Assembly: GCA_964464515.1 (NCBI GenBank)
Contig: CAYXGP010000001.1
Span: 69,984 to 133,983 of the forward strand
Direction of reading: 5' to 3'
Length of the DNA: 64,000 nucleotides
DNA from: an uncultured Enterobacterales bacterium
GTDB lineage: Bacteria > Myxococcota_A > UBA796 > UBA2385
Shown: positions 1-9,559 of the stretch, piece after piece
How positions within the stretch are numbered: position 1 is the stretch's first letter
How the letters are laid out: each line of letters begins with the position of its first letter
Translations under genes and position numbers: made by a program
Notes under the pieces: generated by a model
Database searches by the model: none
What the model was told of the DNA's origin: nothing
Seen by the model: only the letters and a program-made list of their open reading frames with translations

Positions 1-256
1 CCCTCGTAATCCGACCCGGTCGCCCCTTCCACTGAAAAAGCCACCTGGTCTCCAGCCACCCTTCACCAGAGAGCGAGCTCTCGGGGTGTCGCGGATCGTG
101 CGGAGCCACCTCGCCACCAGGCCCAGATGGAAGCGGAGACAGCGTCGGAATGTAGTTCCGGCACGCCACCCGGCACGCCACAAAGCAGACGCAGACCCAC
201 CCCGCCAGATTTCAGGACCCACCTTCTTTCGTTCCCGCCGTAAGGAGTCCATCCAT

Positions 257-1303
257 ATGTCGCTTTCTCAGCTCCGCCGCTCCACCTCCGACGACTGGGG
301 TTTCTCCGAACGGCTCAGCGCCGAAGAAGAGAAGATCATGGCCCGCGCGATCCGTCGCGCCGAGCAAGAGGCCCGGGCCGCAGTCGCGGGGATCCCCGAG
401 GCGGATCGTATCCTCATGCGGCGACCCGATCGCGCCGAGCGGACCCGCGCGGGCGCCGTCGATCGCCTGGAGGAAGCCGTCAAGGTCACGGTGCAGGCAG
501 CGCGGCGCGACGCCGATCTGCGCCTCGACGCCCGTCAGGCCAGCCGGGCCTGGGCCGAGGCCGAGAACCTCCGCTGGCGCCTCGCCATGTCCGGTCGCCG
601 CATCGCCCACGGTGAGGCCCGCAAGCTGGCCGGCCCCTTCATGGACGAAGAGGATCTGGTTCAGGAGGGCTACATCGGCCTCCTTCGCGCAGCCAAGCGC
701 TTCGATCCCGACCGCGGCATCCGCTTCTCTACCTACGCCCGCTGGTGGGTTCGCGCGCAGATGACCCGCGCCATCGACCACACCGGGCGCCCCGTGCGCC
801 TGCCCGGCTGCGCCGTCGAGCAGACCCGCAACCTCCGCAAGGCCATGAAGCGCTTCGAGAGCGTGGGCCACGAGTACACCACCGCGGACCTCGCGCAAGA
901 GGTGGGCATCGATAAGGAGCGCGCCGAGCTGCTGCTGTCCCAGGGCAACACGATCTCCCTGGAGCAGCCCATCGACGACGGCCCCCGGCCCCGCCCGCTG
1001 GACCGCTTCCTGTCAGACGAGACCGCTCCGCAGCCCGACATCGAGGCCATCCAGACCCAGGAGCTCAACCGCATGGAGATGGCGTTCCATGAGCTGCTCA
1101 CCGAGCGGCAGCGGTTCGTGCTCACCCGTCGCTATGGCCTGAAGGACGGCGAGTTCCGCACCCTGTCCGAGGTCGGAAAGGAGATGGGCCTCTCCCGCGA
1201 GCGCGTCCGTCAGATCGAGCGAGAGGCCCTCACCCGCCTCCGCGACATGAGCGGGATCCGCGGGCCGATCAAGCCCAACGAGCGCGGCCGCGCCTGGGCG
1301 TAG
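257..1303 (+). CDS. RNA polymerase sigma-70 family factor (RpoD/RpoS-like, alternative group)
   Basis: Region 2 DLVQEGYIGLLRAAKRFDPDRGIRFSTYARWW and region 4 TLSEVGKEMGLSRERVRQIE; ATG at 257 follows AAGGAG at 242-247. Confidence 0.93.
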   Translation: MSLSQLRRSTSDDWGFSERLSAEEEKIMARAIRRAEQEARAAVAGIPEADRILMRRPDRAERTRAGAVDRLEEAVKVTVQAARRDADLRLDARQASRAWAEAENLRWRLAMSGRRIAHGEARKLAGPFMDEEDLVQEGYIGLLRAAKRFDPDRGIRFSTYARWWVRAQMTRAIDHTGRPVRLPGCAVEQTRNLRKAMKRFESVGHEYTTADLAQEVGIDKERAELLLSQGNTISLEQPIDDGPRPRPLDRFLSDETAPQPDIEAIQTQELNRMEMAFHELLTERQRFVLTRRYGLKDGEFRTLSEVGKEMGLSRERVRQIEREALTRLRDMSGIRGPIKPNERGRAWA

Positions 1304-1328
1304 CCGACGTTCCGAGCGCTCCGGCCCA

Positions 1329-1358
1329 ACGCTCAGGTGCTCGCCAGCGCCTGAGCGT
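1329..1358. terminator. Hairpin at the convergent sigma/dipeptidase junction, possible terminator
   Basis: ACGCTCAGG (1329-1337) and CCTGAGCGT (1350-1358) are exact reverse complements; no U tract. Confidence 0.3.
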
Positions 1359-2352
1359 GCGCCAGCACGCGTAGAAAGTTCTCTCCGTAAGCGCCCTGGA
1401 TCTCCTCGGGGGTCCAGCCACGTCGGAGGAGTGCGTCGGTGAGCACCGGCAGCTTCTCGGCGGAGTCGAGATCGCGGGGGTAGAGCGCCCAACCCTCCCA
1501 GTCCGTGCCGATGGCGCAGTGCGCGGCCCCCACGAGGCGCCGGATGTGATGGAGGTGCTCGGCGACGGCCTCTACCCCGCCGGGGCCGATGAACGGCGTG
1601 ACGAAGATCACTCCGATCACCCCGCCGGTGCCGGCGATGGCCTTGATCTCGTCGTCGCCGATCCCGCGGGGGCTGGGATGAACCGCGGTGCAGGCGGTGT
1701 GCGAGCAGATCACGGGCGCCTTGACGCGCTGACAGACCTCCAGCACCCCGCCGCGGGAGACGTGCGCGACATCGATCACGATCCCGAGGCGCTCCAACTC
1801 AGCGATCAGGCTGCGCCCATGGTCGGTGAGGCCCGCCTCTCGATCCGCGCCCCACCCCACCATCGGCCGACAGGCCTTGTTGGCCGTGAAGTGAACCAGC
1901 CCGACATAGCCGAGCCCCCGATCTCGGAATTCCGCGAGCCGATCGAGCTCCCCGTTTAGCGCGTGCGCGCCCTCCAGCCCCGTGAACACCGCGATGCGCC
2001 CCGCGGCGCGCGCGGCGCGGATCTCCTGGGGACGGCGCGTCAGCACCAGCTCCCCCGGGGCGCCCGCGATGATGCGATCGAGTCGATCGAGGTCGCGGAC
2101 GATGGCCGCGGGGCCGGAGCGACGCCGGAGCGGGCTCTCCACCAGCCCCAGGGCGAGGCACCCCACCCCACCCTCCCGAAGCCGAGGCAGATCGCAGTGC
2201 CCCATCAGGGCCGCTCCCGGCAGCGGGTTCCGGCGATGCCGACGCTGCCAATTCCATCGCAGGAAGAAACTCGTCAACAGGAGATCACAGTGGAGGTCGA
2301 TCAGCGGAGCGCCAGCGTGGATGCGGCGCGCTTCTTTGGAGATCCCCTTCAT
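1333..2352 (-). CDS. Membrane dipeptidase (peptidase M19 family)
   Basis: IDLHCD, GLEGAH, IDVAH, ICSHT, GGVIGV and IGTDWEG motifs of the renal-dipeptidase fold. Confidence 0.9.
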   Translation of the reverse strand: MKGISKEARRIHAGAPLIDLHCDLLLTSFFLRWNWQRRHRRNPLPGAALMGHCDLPRLREGGVGCLALGLVESPLRRRSGPAAIVRDLDRLDRIIAGAPGELVLTRRPQEIRAARAAGRIAVFTGLEGAHALNGELDRLAEFRDRGLGYVGLVHFTANKACRPMVGWGADREAGLTDHGRSLIAELERLGIVIDVAHVSRGGVLEVCQRVKAPVICSHTACTAVHPSPRGIGDDEIKAIAGTGGVIGVIFVTPFIGPGGVEAVAEHLHHIRRLVGAAHCAIGTDWEGWALYPRDLDSAEKLPVLTDALLRRGWTPEEIQGAYGENFLRVLAHAQALAST

Positions 2353-3611
2353 CGTCCTGGTCCCGGCGGGCAGACCGCGTCGAGAGCCTCCAGGAACCCC
2401 TCGAGCTGCGATCGGGTGATCACCAGAGGCGGGGTGATGCCCAGCACCGGCGTGTCTTCACCAGCAGGGAGGGCCAGGTACCCCCGCTGAAGCAGCGCGC
2501 GGCTGACCCTGAGCGGCTCCGGGACCTCGACACCGAGCATCAGGCCAGCTCCGCGAACGCCCCACCCTCGCGCCTGGAGCTCCCCGCGTAGCCACGCACC
2601 CAGCGCGCGAGCCGGCGCGATCAGCTCCCCGAGCACGGGGATCGCCGCGAGCGCAGCGGCGCAGCCCGGCGGGTGTCCCAGGAAGGTCTGGGTGTGGATG
2701 GCCTCGCCGCGGCTGGCTCCCCAGGCGTCCATCACCGCGGAGGTTCCCAGGCAGGCCGACAGCGGCATCCCCCCCGCCATCGCCTTGCCCACGCAGAGGA
2801 TGTCCGGGGTCACCCCGATTTCCTGGAAGCGGAACCACTCCCCCGTGCGCCCGAAGCCCGTGAAGATCTCGTCGAAGATGAGCAGCGCACCTGCCGCCCT
2901 GCAGCGCGACCGCAGCTCCGCCAGCCAGCCCGGAGGCGGGGCGCGCATCCCTCCGCGCCCTTGGATCGGCTCGACGATCACCGCTCCGACGCCCGACAGA
3001 TCCGGGACGGAGCCGCCGAACGGAGCCACCCGCGAGTGCCCGCCGAGCTGAGCGGCGAATGGGCCGCGGAACGCCGCGCGATGGTACGCCGTCGCGGTCA
3101 GCGCGCCATACGACAGCCCGTGGTAGGCGCCGCTGAACGACACCACGCCGTCGCGCCCCGTGGCGATACGCGCGGTCTTCAGCGCCGCCTCCACCGCGTC
3201 GGACCCGCTCGACCCGAGGATGGCCTTGTCAAAGCCCGTCCGCTCCGCGAGCAGCTCCAGCAGCGTGATGCGCTGCGTATCCGGGTGGGCGTCGCCCATG
3301 GCGTGGAGCAGGCGGTCTGCCTGCGCCTTCACCGCCGCCACCACCGCCGGGTGGCGGTGCCCCACGGCGGCCACGCCGAACCCCGCGGTCATATCGACCA
3401 GGACGTTGCCGTCGACACAGACGATGTTGGCGCCGCGCGCGCGCTCGAAGACCACCGGATCGTCATCTGCGGTGCCCAGCGCGGACGCCCGCCGCGCGCG
3501 GCGAGCGGTGATGGCCGGGCACTCATGGCGCGCGAGGCGATCGACCCAGGCCCGCGAGCGAGGCCCCGGGATCGGTGTGCGGATCTCAGGATTCGAAAAG
3601 CCGTCCGGCAT
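2349..3611 (-). CDS. Class III PLP-dependent aminotransferase
   Basis: DMTAGFGVAAVGH, IVEPIQGRGG, IFDEIFTGFGRTG, DILCVGKAMAGG (PLP lysine), HTQTFLGHP; start trimmed to ATG 3611; 4-nt overlap with the dipeptidase start. Confidence 0.9.
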   Translation of the reverse strand: MPDGFSNPEIRTPIPGPRSRAWVDRLARHECPAITARRARRASALGTADDDPVVFERARGANIVCVDGNVLVDMTAGFGVAAVGHRHPAVVAAVKAQADRLLHAMGDAHPDTQRITLLELLAERTGFDKAILGSSGSDAVEAALKTARIATGRDGVVSFSGAYHGLSYGALTATAYHRAAFRGPFAAQLGGHSRVAPFGGSVPDLSGVGAVIVEPIQGRGGMRAPPPGWLAELRSRCRAAGALLIFDEIFTGFGRTGEWFRFQEIGVTPDILCVGKAMAGGMPLSACLGTSAVMDAWGASRGEAIHTQTFLGHPPGCAAALAAIPVLGELIAPARALGAWLRGELQARGWGVRGAGLMLGVEVPEPLRVSRALLQRGYLALPAGEDTPVLGITPPLVITRSQLEGFLEALDAVCPPGPGR

Positions 3612-3716
3612 CGTGGGCACATCCAGCGCTGTCGGGAGTCTAAGCCGACGACGCCGCGCTACGCTACGCGGGTCCGCGGCGCGCCCGGTCTGGGATGCGG
3701 CCAGTCCGGAGGTCCA

Positions 3717-5447
3717 GTGCTGGTCGAGATCAAGCGCCGGAGCCACATCCAGCGGATGACGTACGAGGACTTCGAGCAGCGGATCCGCGACGGGGAGATC
3801 GGGGAGCGGACGCTGGTGCGGTTCGAGGTGGTCACCGGGAGCGATTTTCGCATGGCCGGCAGCCTGGAGCTGTTCAAGGCCCTGGCCGATCCCCGCAGGA
3901 GGACCTTCCGCCGCAACCTGACGCGACCGGGTGTCCCTCTGGTCACCGCCATCCTCGTGGGGTTCCAGGCCCGCGTCTACCTGTCGAGCTGGAACCCACA
4001 GGTGCGGGGGTGGCTCCAGGAGCACGCCACCAACTCCGCCTCGGCCATCCTCGAGCAGGGAGAGGTCTGGCGCCTGCTGAGCTACGGGCTGCTCCACGTA
4101 GACCTTTCCCACCTGCTGTTCAATCTCTGCTTTCTCGCCTACACCGGCTACCACCTGGAGCGGGCCGTGGGCCGCCGGAACCTCGCGCTGTTGTTCGCCG
4201 GCAGCGTGTTCAGCGGGGGCCTGCTGTCGATGGCGATGGCGCCCGAGCGGACCAGCCTGGGCGCGAGCGGTGGAGACTTCGGCCTGCTCGCCGCCACGGT
4301 CATCCTGGGGTGGAAGCACTGGGAGGCCATCCCGGAGACCGCGCGCAAGTACTTCGGCTGGGCGCTGTTCCCGTACCTGTGCATCTCCATCCTGTCGGGC
4401 CTGCAGGCCGAGAACGTCGACAATTGGAGCCACCTGGGAGGGCTGATCGGCGGCATCGTCCTGATGACCATCCTGGAGCCGGAGGCCCTCTCCGGCGCTG
4501 GCGGCCGCAACCGGCGGCTGCGCTGGGGGATCGTGGGTGCGATGCTCGCGATCAGCGGATTCCTGTTCGCGGCCGGTCCGAATCTGGTGCCGCTGACCCG
4601 GCACGACGCCCGGGGCTGGCAGGTGGAGCGCCCGGAGTACTGGCGGGAGGGGTGGACCTTCGCCAATGAGCGCGGCTGGTTCTCCCCGACGTTCCGCGCG
4701 ACGGTTTCGGTGACGACGACCATCCACCCCCGACCGATCACGGCCGTGGCGGCCGCGGAGGCGCTGCGAGCGCGCCTCGCCACGGGCGATCGCGAGCTGA
4801 CGCTGCTCTCGCAAGAGCTCATCGAGATCGACGGGGAGCCGGCCTGCCGCCTGCGACTACGCTTCGATCTCTCCGGTGAGCAACAGCAGATCGACGCGGT
4901 GGTTGTGACCCGCGGCGCCTATGAGCATCGCCTGCAGTTCCAGTCGGTCGCGGACATCTCAGATCGCTACCTCCCGCTGGTCGAGCGCATCGTAGACAGT
5001 CTGGTGCTGACCGAGCCCGGCGATCTGACCGTCGCGCTGCGGCGTGCGATGGACCCCCCGCGCTCGCCGGGGGCGCACCTCCCGCTCGTTGTGGCGAGCT
5101 ACCGCGGGGGGCGACCCGCGGACGCCCTGGAGAGCTTCCGGCAGGTGCTCACCCTCTCTCCGGACAGCGTCCGAGCGCTGGTGGGCATGCTTCGGGTCTA
5201 CGCCGACTACCGCGTCACCGGCGGCGCAGAGATCGCGCGCCAGGCGATCCGTACCCGCCCCCTGGAGCCCAAGGTGATCGAGGCGTCGGTGGACGTACTG
5301 GCCGCCGACGGCGCGCAGACCGAGGCGATCGACGCGCTTGAGACCGCCTGGCTGGCGATGCCGGGAGATCACGTCCTGCGCCGGCTGCGCCTGACCTGGG
5401 GGCTCTCCACCGAGCTGCCGACCGCTGGGTCCGCTCCTCCGCGTTAG
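3717..5447 (+). CDS. Rhomboid family intramembrane serine protease with N-terminal GYF-like and C-terminal soluble/TPR-like regions
   Basis: WRLLSYGLLH...HLLFN, catalytic GASG and SHLGG; GTG at 3717 after GGAGG. Confidence 0.88.
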   Translation: MLVEIKRRSHIQRMTYEDFEQRIRDGEIGERTLVRFEVVTGSDFRMAGSLELFKALADPRRRTFRRNLTRPGVPLVTAILVGFQARVYLSSWNPQVRGWLQEHATNSASAILEQGEVWRLLSYGLLHVDLSHLLFNLCFLAYTGYHLERAVGRRNLALLFAGSVFSGGLLSMAMAPERTSLGASGGDFGLLAATVILGWKHWEAIPETARKYFGWALFPYLCISILSGLQAENVDNWSHLGGLIGGIVLMTILEPEALSGAGGRNRRLRWGIVGAMLAISGFLFAAGPNLVPLTRHDARGWQVERPEYWREGWTFANERGWFSPTFRATVSVTTTIHPRPITAVAAAEALRARLATGDRELTLLSQELIEIDGEPACRLRLRFDLSGEQQQIDAVVVTRGAYEHRLQFQSVADISDRYLPLVERIVDSLVLTEPGDLTVALRRAMDPPRSPGAHLPLVVASYRGGRPADALESFRQVLTLSPDSVRALVGMLRVYADYRVTGGAEIARQAIRTRPLEPKVIEASVDVLAADGAQTEAIDALETAWLAMPGDHVLRRLRLTWGLSTELPTAGSAPPR

Positions 5448-5456
5448 AACCGAACC

Positions 5457-6860
5457 ATGTCGCTGCTGCTGTTGCTCTCGCTGACAGTCGGGGCCGCCCC
5501 CCACCCGACCATCCCCGGATGGACCGCCGGGACACCGGCAGAGGGTACCGCGGAGGCCATCGCGCCGATCTCCCCGGTCGTGCTCTCGCTCCCCGCAGAG
5601 ATCGCGAAGAAGATCACCGGGCCGACCGCGCTGTTCTACTTCTCGCCCACCTGCCCCCACTGCTGGGCGGTGATGCCCGAGGTGAACGCGCTGGCCTCGG
5701 AGGGAGCGCTCGCGTGGCTCGGCGTCGCCGTGGGCTCCTCAAAGCCGGCAGACCTGGCGACCTTCAAGGCCGACCACTCGCCGCGGTTCGACATCGTGAT
5801 CGACACCGGGCGGTCCTTCTCACAGGCCGTCGCGGCGCGCTCCACCCCGAGCGTCTACGTCGCGCGCCCCGCGCCAGAGGGAGCCGCCCCCGAGCCCGGC
5901 CTGCCGATCACCGAGGGCGGCATCCCGGTCGAGATCACGCAGGCGTTTACGCCGTTCGCTCGCGGACAGGGCGCCCTGCTGAAGCTGCGCTCGCACCCGG
6001 ACACGCCGTTCGCCGACTTCTCGGGGTACCAGGGAGACCGCGTGTGCGGCACCTGCCACACGCAGGAGCTTCGGAGCTGGGCGCTGACCCACCACGCGCT
6101 GGCCTACCACACCCTGTACGATCGCGACCGCGCGCAGGATCTGAAGTGCGTGGGCTGCCACGTCACCGGAATGGACGCCCCCGGAGGTTTTCAGGTGGGT
6201 GACCACGGTTCCCCCCTGGCCGGCGTGACGTGCGAGGCCTGCCACGGTCCGAGCGGCCCCCACGACGGCGTGAACGACGCCGCCCTCGGCACCTGCGTGG
6301 GCTGCCACGATGCCGAGCACTCCGTGCGGTTCACCACAGACAAGGGCCTTCCGCACATCGACCATTTCGCGGCGCAGGAGCTCTCCGACGCTGAGATGCA
6401 GAGCCGCTTCTCCGCGCTGCTGACCGGTGAGGCCGAGCGACCACTGCTGGCGTTTGAGGACGGCGAAACGGTGGGGGCGAAGGCCTGCCAGTCGTGTCAT
6501 CGCGCAGAGCACCGATGGTGGCGCAAGACGCAACACCACACAGCGATGGGGCGCCTGGCTCCCGGCGAGGACGAGGGGCCCAACTGCATACGCTGCCACT
6601 CGACGCCGCAGCGGTACGGGACGGCGCTCGGCAAAGCGAAGACCGTCGCGGACTTCCGGGTGGATGAGGGGGTAGGCTGTGAGAGCTGCCACGGTGGGGG
6701 GGCCGCGCACGTCGCCGCACCCACGAAGGAGAACATCGTGGGGCTCGGAGACAGCTGTCCGGAGTGCGTGATCGAGGCGATCTGCAGGCAGTGCCACACG
6801 CCCGCGTGGGATCCGGGCTGGGAGCTGAAGCCTGCCCTGGAGGCGATCGCCCACGAGTGA
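5457..6860 (+). CDS. Exported thioredoxin-fold (CPHC) domain fused to two tetraheme c554-like modules (8 CxxCH)
   Basis: Signal-like N-terminus; FSPTCPHCW; CGTCH, CVGCH, CEACH, CVGCH, CQSCH, CIRCH, CESCH, CRQCH. Confidence 0.85.
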   Translation: MSLLLLLSLTVGAAPHPTIPGWTAGTPAEGTAEAIAPISPVVLSLPAEIAKKITGPTALFYFSPTCPHCWAVMPEVNALASEGALAWLGVAVGSSKPADLATFKADHSPRFDIVIDTGRSFSQAVAARSTPSVYVARPAPEGAAPEPGLPITEGGIPVEITQAFTPFARGQGALLKLRSHPDTPFADFSGYQGDRVCGTCHTQELRSWALTHHALAYHTLYDRDRAQDLKCVGCHVTGMDAPGGFQVGDHGSPLAGVTCEACHGPSGPHDGVNDAALGTCVGCHDAEHSVRFTTDKGLPHIDHFAAQELSDAEMQSRFSALLTGEAERPLLAFEDGETVGAKACQSCHRAEHRWWRKTQHHTAMGRLAPGEDEGPNCIRCHSTPQRYGTALGKAKTVADFRVDEGVGCESCHGGGAAHVAAPTKENIVGLGDSCPECVIEAICRQCHTPAWDPGWELKPALEAIAHE

Positions 6861-6862
6861 GC

Positions 6863-6906
6863 GCTACCCGTCGTACAGCTACCCGTCGTACAGCTACCCG
6901 TCGTAC
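6863..6906. repeat. 15-bp tandem triplication GCTACCCGTCGTACA covering the radical SAM stop codon
   Basis: Copies at 6863-6877, 6878-6892 and 6893-6906 (last one partial). Confidence 0.95.
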
Positions 6907-8426
6907 CAGGGCGGCTTGACGAGCTGCTGGTGGTGCTCCACCGAGAGGGGGTTGACGCGCTGCTTGACGGCCTCCAGCGCCATGGTCGCGCTGACCTTGG
7001 CGAACCAGATGTACATGTCACGCTTGTACGGCACCCGGCTGGTCAATCCCCGCAGCAGCCAGGGCACGTTCACCAGCTCGCTGTTCATCTGGTACAGCGC
7101 GTCGGCGATCTCATCGCGCCCCATGTAGCGACTGTCCAGCACGGGAGTCAGCCAGTCGAAGTCGTCGAAGTCGCCCTCGGTGATCCATCCCTCCGCGATG
7201 GCCTCGTCGTAGATCGGCGTGCCCGGGACCGGGGTGATGGGGTGGAACGCAGGGAAGTCGATGTCGATGGCCTTCGCCATGGCGAGCTGCCGGTCGAGGC
7301 TCTCGGGGGTCTCGTCACGCACGCCTACGATGAACGTGGCCTGTACGAAGACCTGCGGGTACTTCCTCTTGAAGATATCCAGCGCCTGCGCCGCCATTCC
7401 GCCGGTGTAGAAGCGCTTGTCGAGCAGCGTGAGCGCCTCGTCCTCGGCGCGCTCGACGCCGATGAGGATGTGGCTCAGCCCGGCGCGGACCATCTTCTCC
7501 AGGATCCCCCGCCGCTCATCGCGGACCAGGCAGTCGGCCCGCACGAACGCGAACCAGCTCGTCTTCATCCCCGAGGCGATCATCGCCTCGGAGAAGGCAT
7601 CGTTGAAGTCTGGATCGATGTTCCAGCTCTCATCCACCCAGACATACGAGCGCTTTCCGTACTTGTAGTACAGCAGCTCGATCTCCTGCATCATGCGATC
7701 GACCGACTTGCTGCGCCAGCGAGGCCGCAGCTTCACGGCGCCGTCCGGACCGTAGCTGCGGTCGGCCATCGTGGTCCACCACGCACAGAAGCTGCACTTG
7801 CTGACGCAGCCGCGGCTGTGGTGGATGGTGGTGCCGCCCGGACTGAACAGGTACCGGCTCTTGCCGTACAGCTCCATCGGCATGAGATCGTAGGCGGGCA
7901 GCGGCAGCGTATCGAGATCGTGGACCAGCGCGCGTGCGCGGTTGCGCACCGCCTCTTCGCCGTCGCACCAGACGATGCCGTCGATCTTCGACAGGTCAGG
8001 ATCGGACTCGGCGAGGGCGTGACACAGCTCGAGGAACGTCTGCTCGCCCTCCCCCACGCAGATCACGTCGATGTCGCTGCCCGGCGCCACGTAGCGATGC
8101 GCGAGGTTGGTGAAGTGGCCCCCGCCGGCTACCGTCACCGCCTCCGGGGCCATCTCTCGGCACAGCCGAAAGAACCGCAGCGCCTCGCGAGCGTACAGCG
8201 CGTGGTTCTCGCCGCAGCCCACCACGTCGGGCGCGAAGCGCCGCACCTCGTCGGCCAGCGTGCGCCAGCCGATGTGCAGCGGCATGCAGTCGATGACCCG
8301 CACGGTGAACCCGGCGTCGCGCAGCACCCCCGCGAGCGCCGGGAGGGCCTGCTGCAGCAGGAAATTGTCACCCTCGCTGGTGTAGGGCCAGAAGCAGCGC
8401 GGGGGCTGGACCAGGAGAATACGCAC
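6894..8426 (-). CDS. Cobalamin-binding radical SAM protein (class B methyltransferase / BchE-like)
   Basis: N-terminal B12-binding-like domain (RILLVQPP...APDVVG), SRGCVSKCSFC (CxxxCxxC), GVE and FIVG motifs. Confidence 0.9.
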   Translation of the reverse strand: MRILLVQPPRCFWPYTSEGDNFLLQQALPALAGVLRDAGFTVRVIDCMPLHIGWRTLADEVRRFAPDVVGCGENHALYAREALRFFRLCREMAPEAVTVAGGGHFTNLAHRYVAPGSDIDVICVGEGEQTFLELCHALAESDPDLSKIDGIVWCDGEEAVRNRARALVHDLDTLPLPAYDLMPMELYGKSRYLFSPGGTTIHHSRGCVSKCSFCAWWTTMADRSYGPDGAVKLRPRWRSKSVDRMMQEIELLYYKYGKRSYVWVDESWNIDPDFNDAFSEAMIASGMKTSWFAFVRADCLVRDERRGILEKMVRAGLSHILIGVERAEDEALTLLDKRFYTGGMAAQALDIFKRKYPQVFVQATFIVGVRDETPESLDRQLAMAKAIDIDFPAFHPITPVPGTPIYDEAIAEGWITEGDFDDFDWLTPVLDSRYMGRDEIADALYQMNSELVNVPWLLRGLTSRVPYKRDMYIWFAKVSATMALEAVKQRVNPLSVEHHQQLVKPPWYDG

Positions 8427-8435
8427 CCCCGCCTC

Positions 8436-9383
8436 CTACCCCACTTCCCTCCCCGGAGCGCGGGCCGCGGCGATCCAGGTGCGGTTGAGGGGTGCGATCA
8501 GCGGGTGCTCCCGGAGCCGCGCCTCCAGGGCCAGGGCGTCCTCCGGCGACATCGGGCCTGCGGCCTGCTCGAGCGGCCCTGAGTGGGCGTAGTGCGCGGG
8601 CACAAGCGAGACCTCCTCGAATCCCGAGAGGAGCGCACGCAGCGCCTCGGCGGTGTAGGTGCGGACCCAGCGATCTCCCGGCACATGCACGACGCCATCG
8701 GTGAGGAACGCCTCGATGCTCCCCTCGATCACGTCCGGCGCGAGCGCCCAGCCATAGCGGGCCTCCACGCTGCACAGCAGCCAGCCCCCCGGCCTGAGCA
8801 GACGCGAGGCTGCGGCCACCGCCTGCTCAGGCGACTCGACGTAGCACAGCACCTCGCAGGCGAGGACCACATCGACCGGGGGAAGCTCTGGGAGGCGCTC
8901 CGCGGTGGTCCAGTGGACATCGAGCCGTCCCGCGCGCCCCACGGCGTGATCGACGGCCCACCACAGGCTCCGCAGATCGGGGTCGACCAGCTCCACCTCG
9001 CAGCCACGATCCACCAGCCACAGCGCGAACCGTCCGATCCCCCCGCCGAGATCCAGCACCCGACAGCGAGGTGGCAGGAGCGGCGCCCACTGCTCCAGGT
9101 AGATGGCACGCTCGACGATCTTGTCGTGGTGGCAGGGGGACGTGGGCTCCAGGAACCCCATCCACCCCGGCGTCTCCGACCACGCCCGCGCCGCCCCGAC
9201 GAGGTTATCCAGTGGGGGAGATGGTGCGAGCCCGCCTCCGTGGAGATCCACGAGACGCGAATCTCCCGCCGGGAGTTGGAAGCGACTTCCCTTCAGCGGC
9301 CCGAGCGCAGCACAATCAAACGGCGGGCCCGCCCCAAGGTGGAAGGCTCGCCCGTTCGGTGGATGCGCATCGACCAGACTCAT
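8436..9383 (-). CDS. Class I SAM-dependent methyltransferase
   Basis: VLDLGGGIGRF, ELVD, DVVLACEVLCY, RLLRPGG; start uncertain. Confidence 0.85.
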   Translation of the reverse strand: MSLVDAHPPNGRAFHLGAGPPFDCAALGPLKGSRFQLPAGDSRLVDLHGGGLAPSPPLDNLVGAARAWSETPGWMGFLEPTSPCHHDKIVERAIYLEQWAPLLPPRCRVLDLGGGIGRFALWLVDRGCEVELVDPDLRSLWWAVDHAVGRAGRLDVHWTTAERLPELPPVDVVLACEVLCYVESPEQAVAAASRLLRPGGWLLCSVEARYGWALAPDVIEGSIEAFLTDGVVHVPGDRWVRTYTAEALRALLSGFEEVSLVPAHYAHSGPLEQAAGPMSPEDALALEARLREHPLIAPLNRTWIAAARAPGREVG

Positions 9384-9459
9384 GCTGTTCGGGGGTGAAG
9401 CCTGGCGAGCGTCGCCAGGTCAAACTCAGAACCCGCGCTTCAGACGCCCTTGGGCTTCT

Positions 9460-9481
9460 GGGGACGGGGACGGGGGCGGGG
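9460..9481 (+). other. Four-tetrad G-quadruplex motif
   Basis: GGGG-AC-GGGG-AC-GGGGG-C-GGGG in the lpxC/methyltransferase intergenic region. Confidence 0.55.
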
Positions 9482-9559
9482 AGAAGGACGCCAGTGCATG
9501 AAGAAACTCCGATTGGACAGCGAGTCTAGCATTCAACATGCCGGCTCAGGGAGGTGCTG

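Noticed and set aside
159-186. Sigma-54 promoter from the GGCACG copies upstream of the sigma gene
   Set aside because: Neither copy has the -12 GC at the required spacing.
3612-4814. N-terminal extension of the aminotransferase (821-aa ORF)
   Set aside because: It is the antisense of the rhomboid gene; homology starts near ATG 3611.
6863-6906. Pyrrolysine or amber recoding at the stacked TAG codons
   Set aside because: No pyl genes in the window, other genes end normally at TAG, and a simple duplication explains it.
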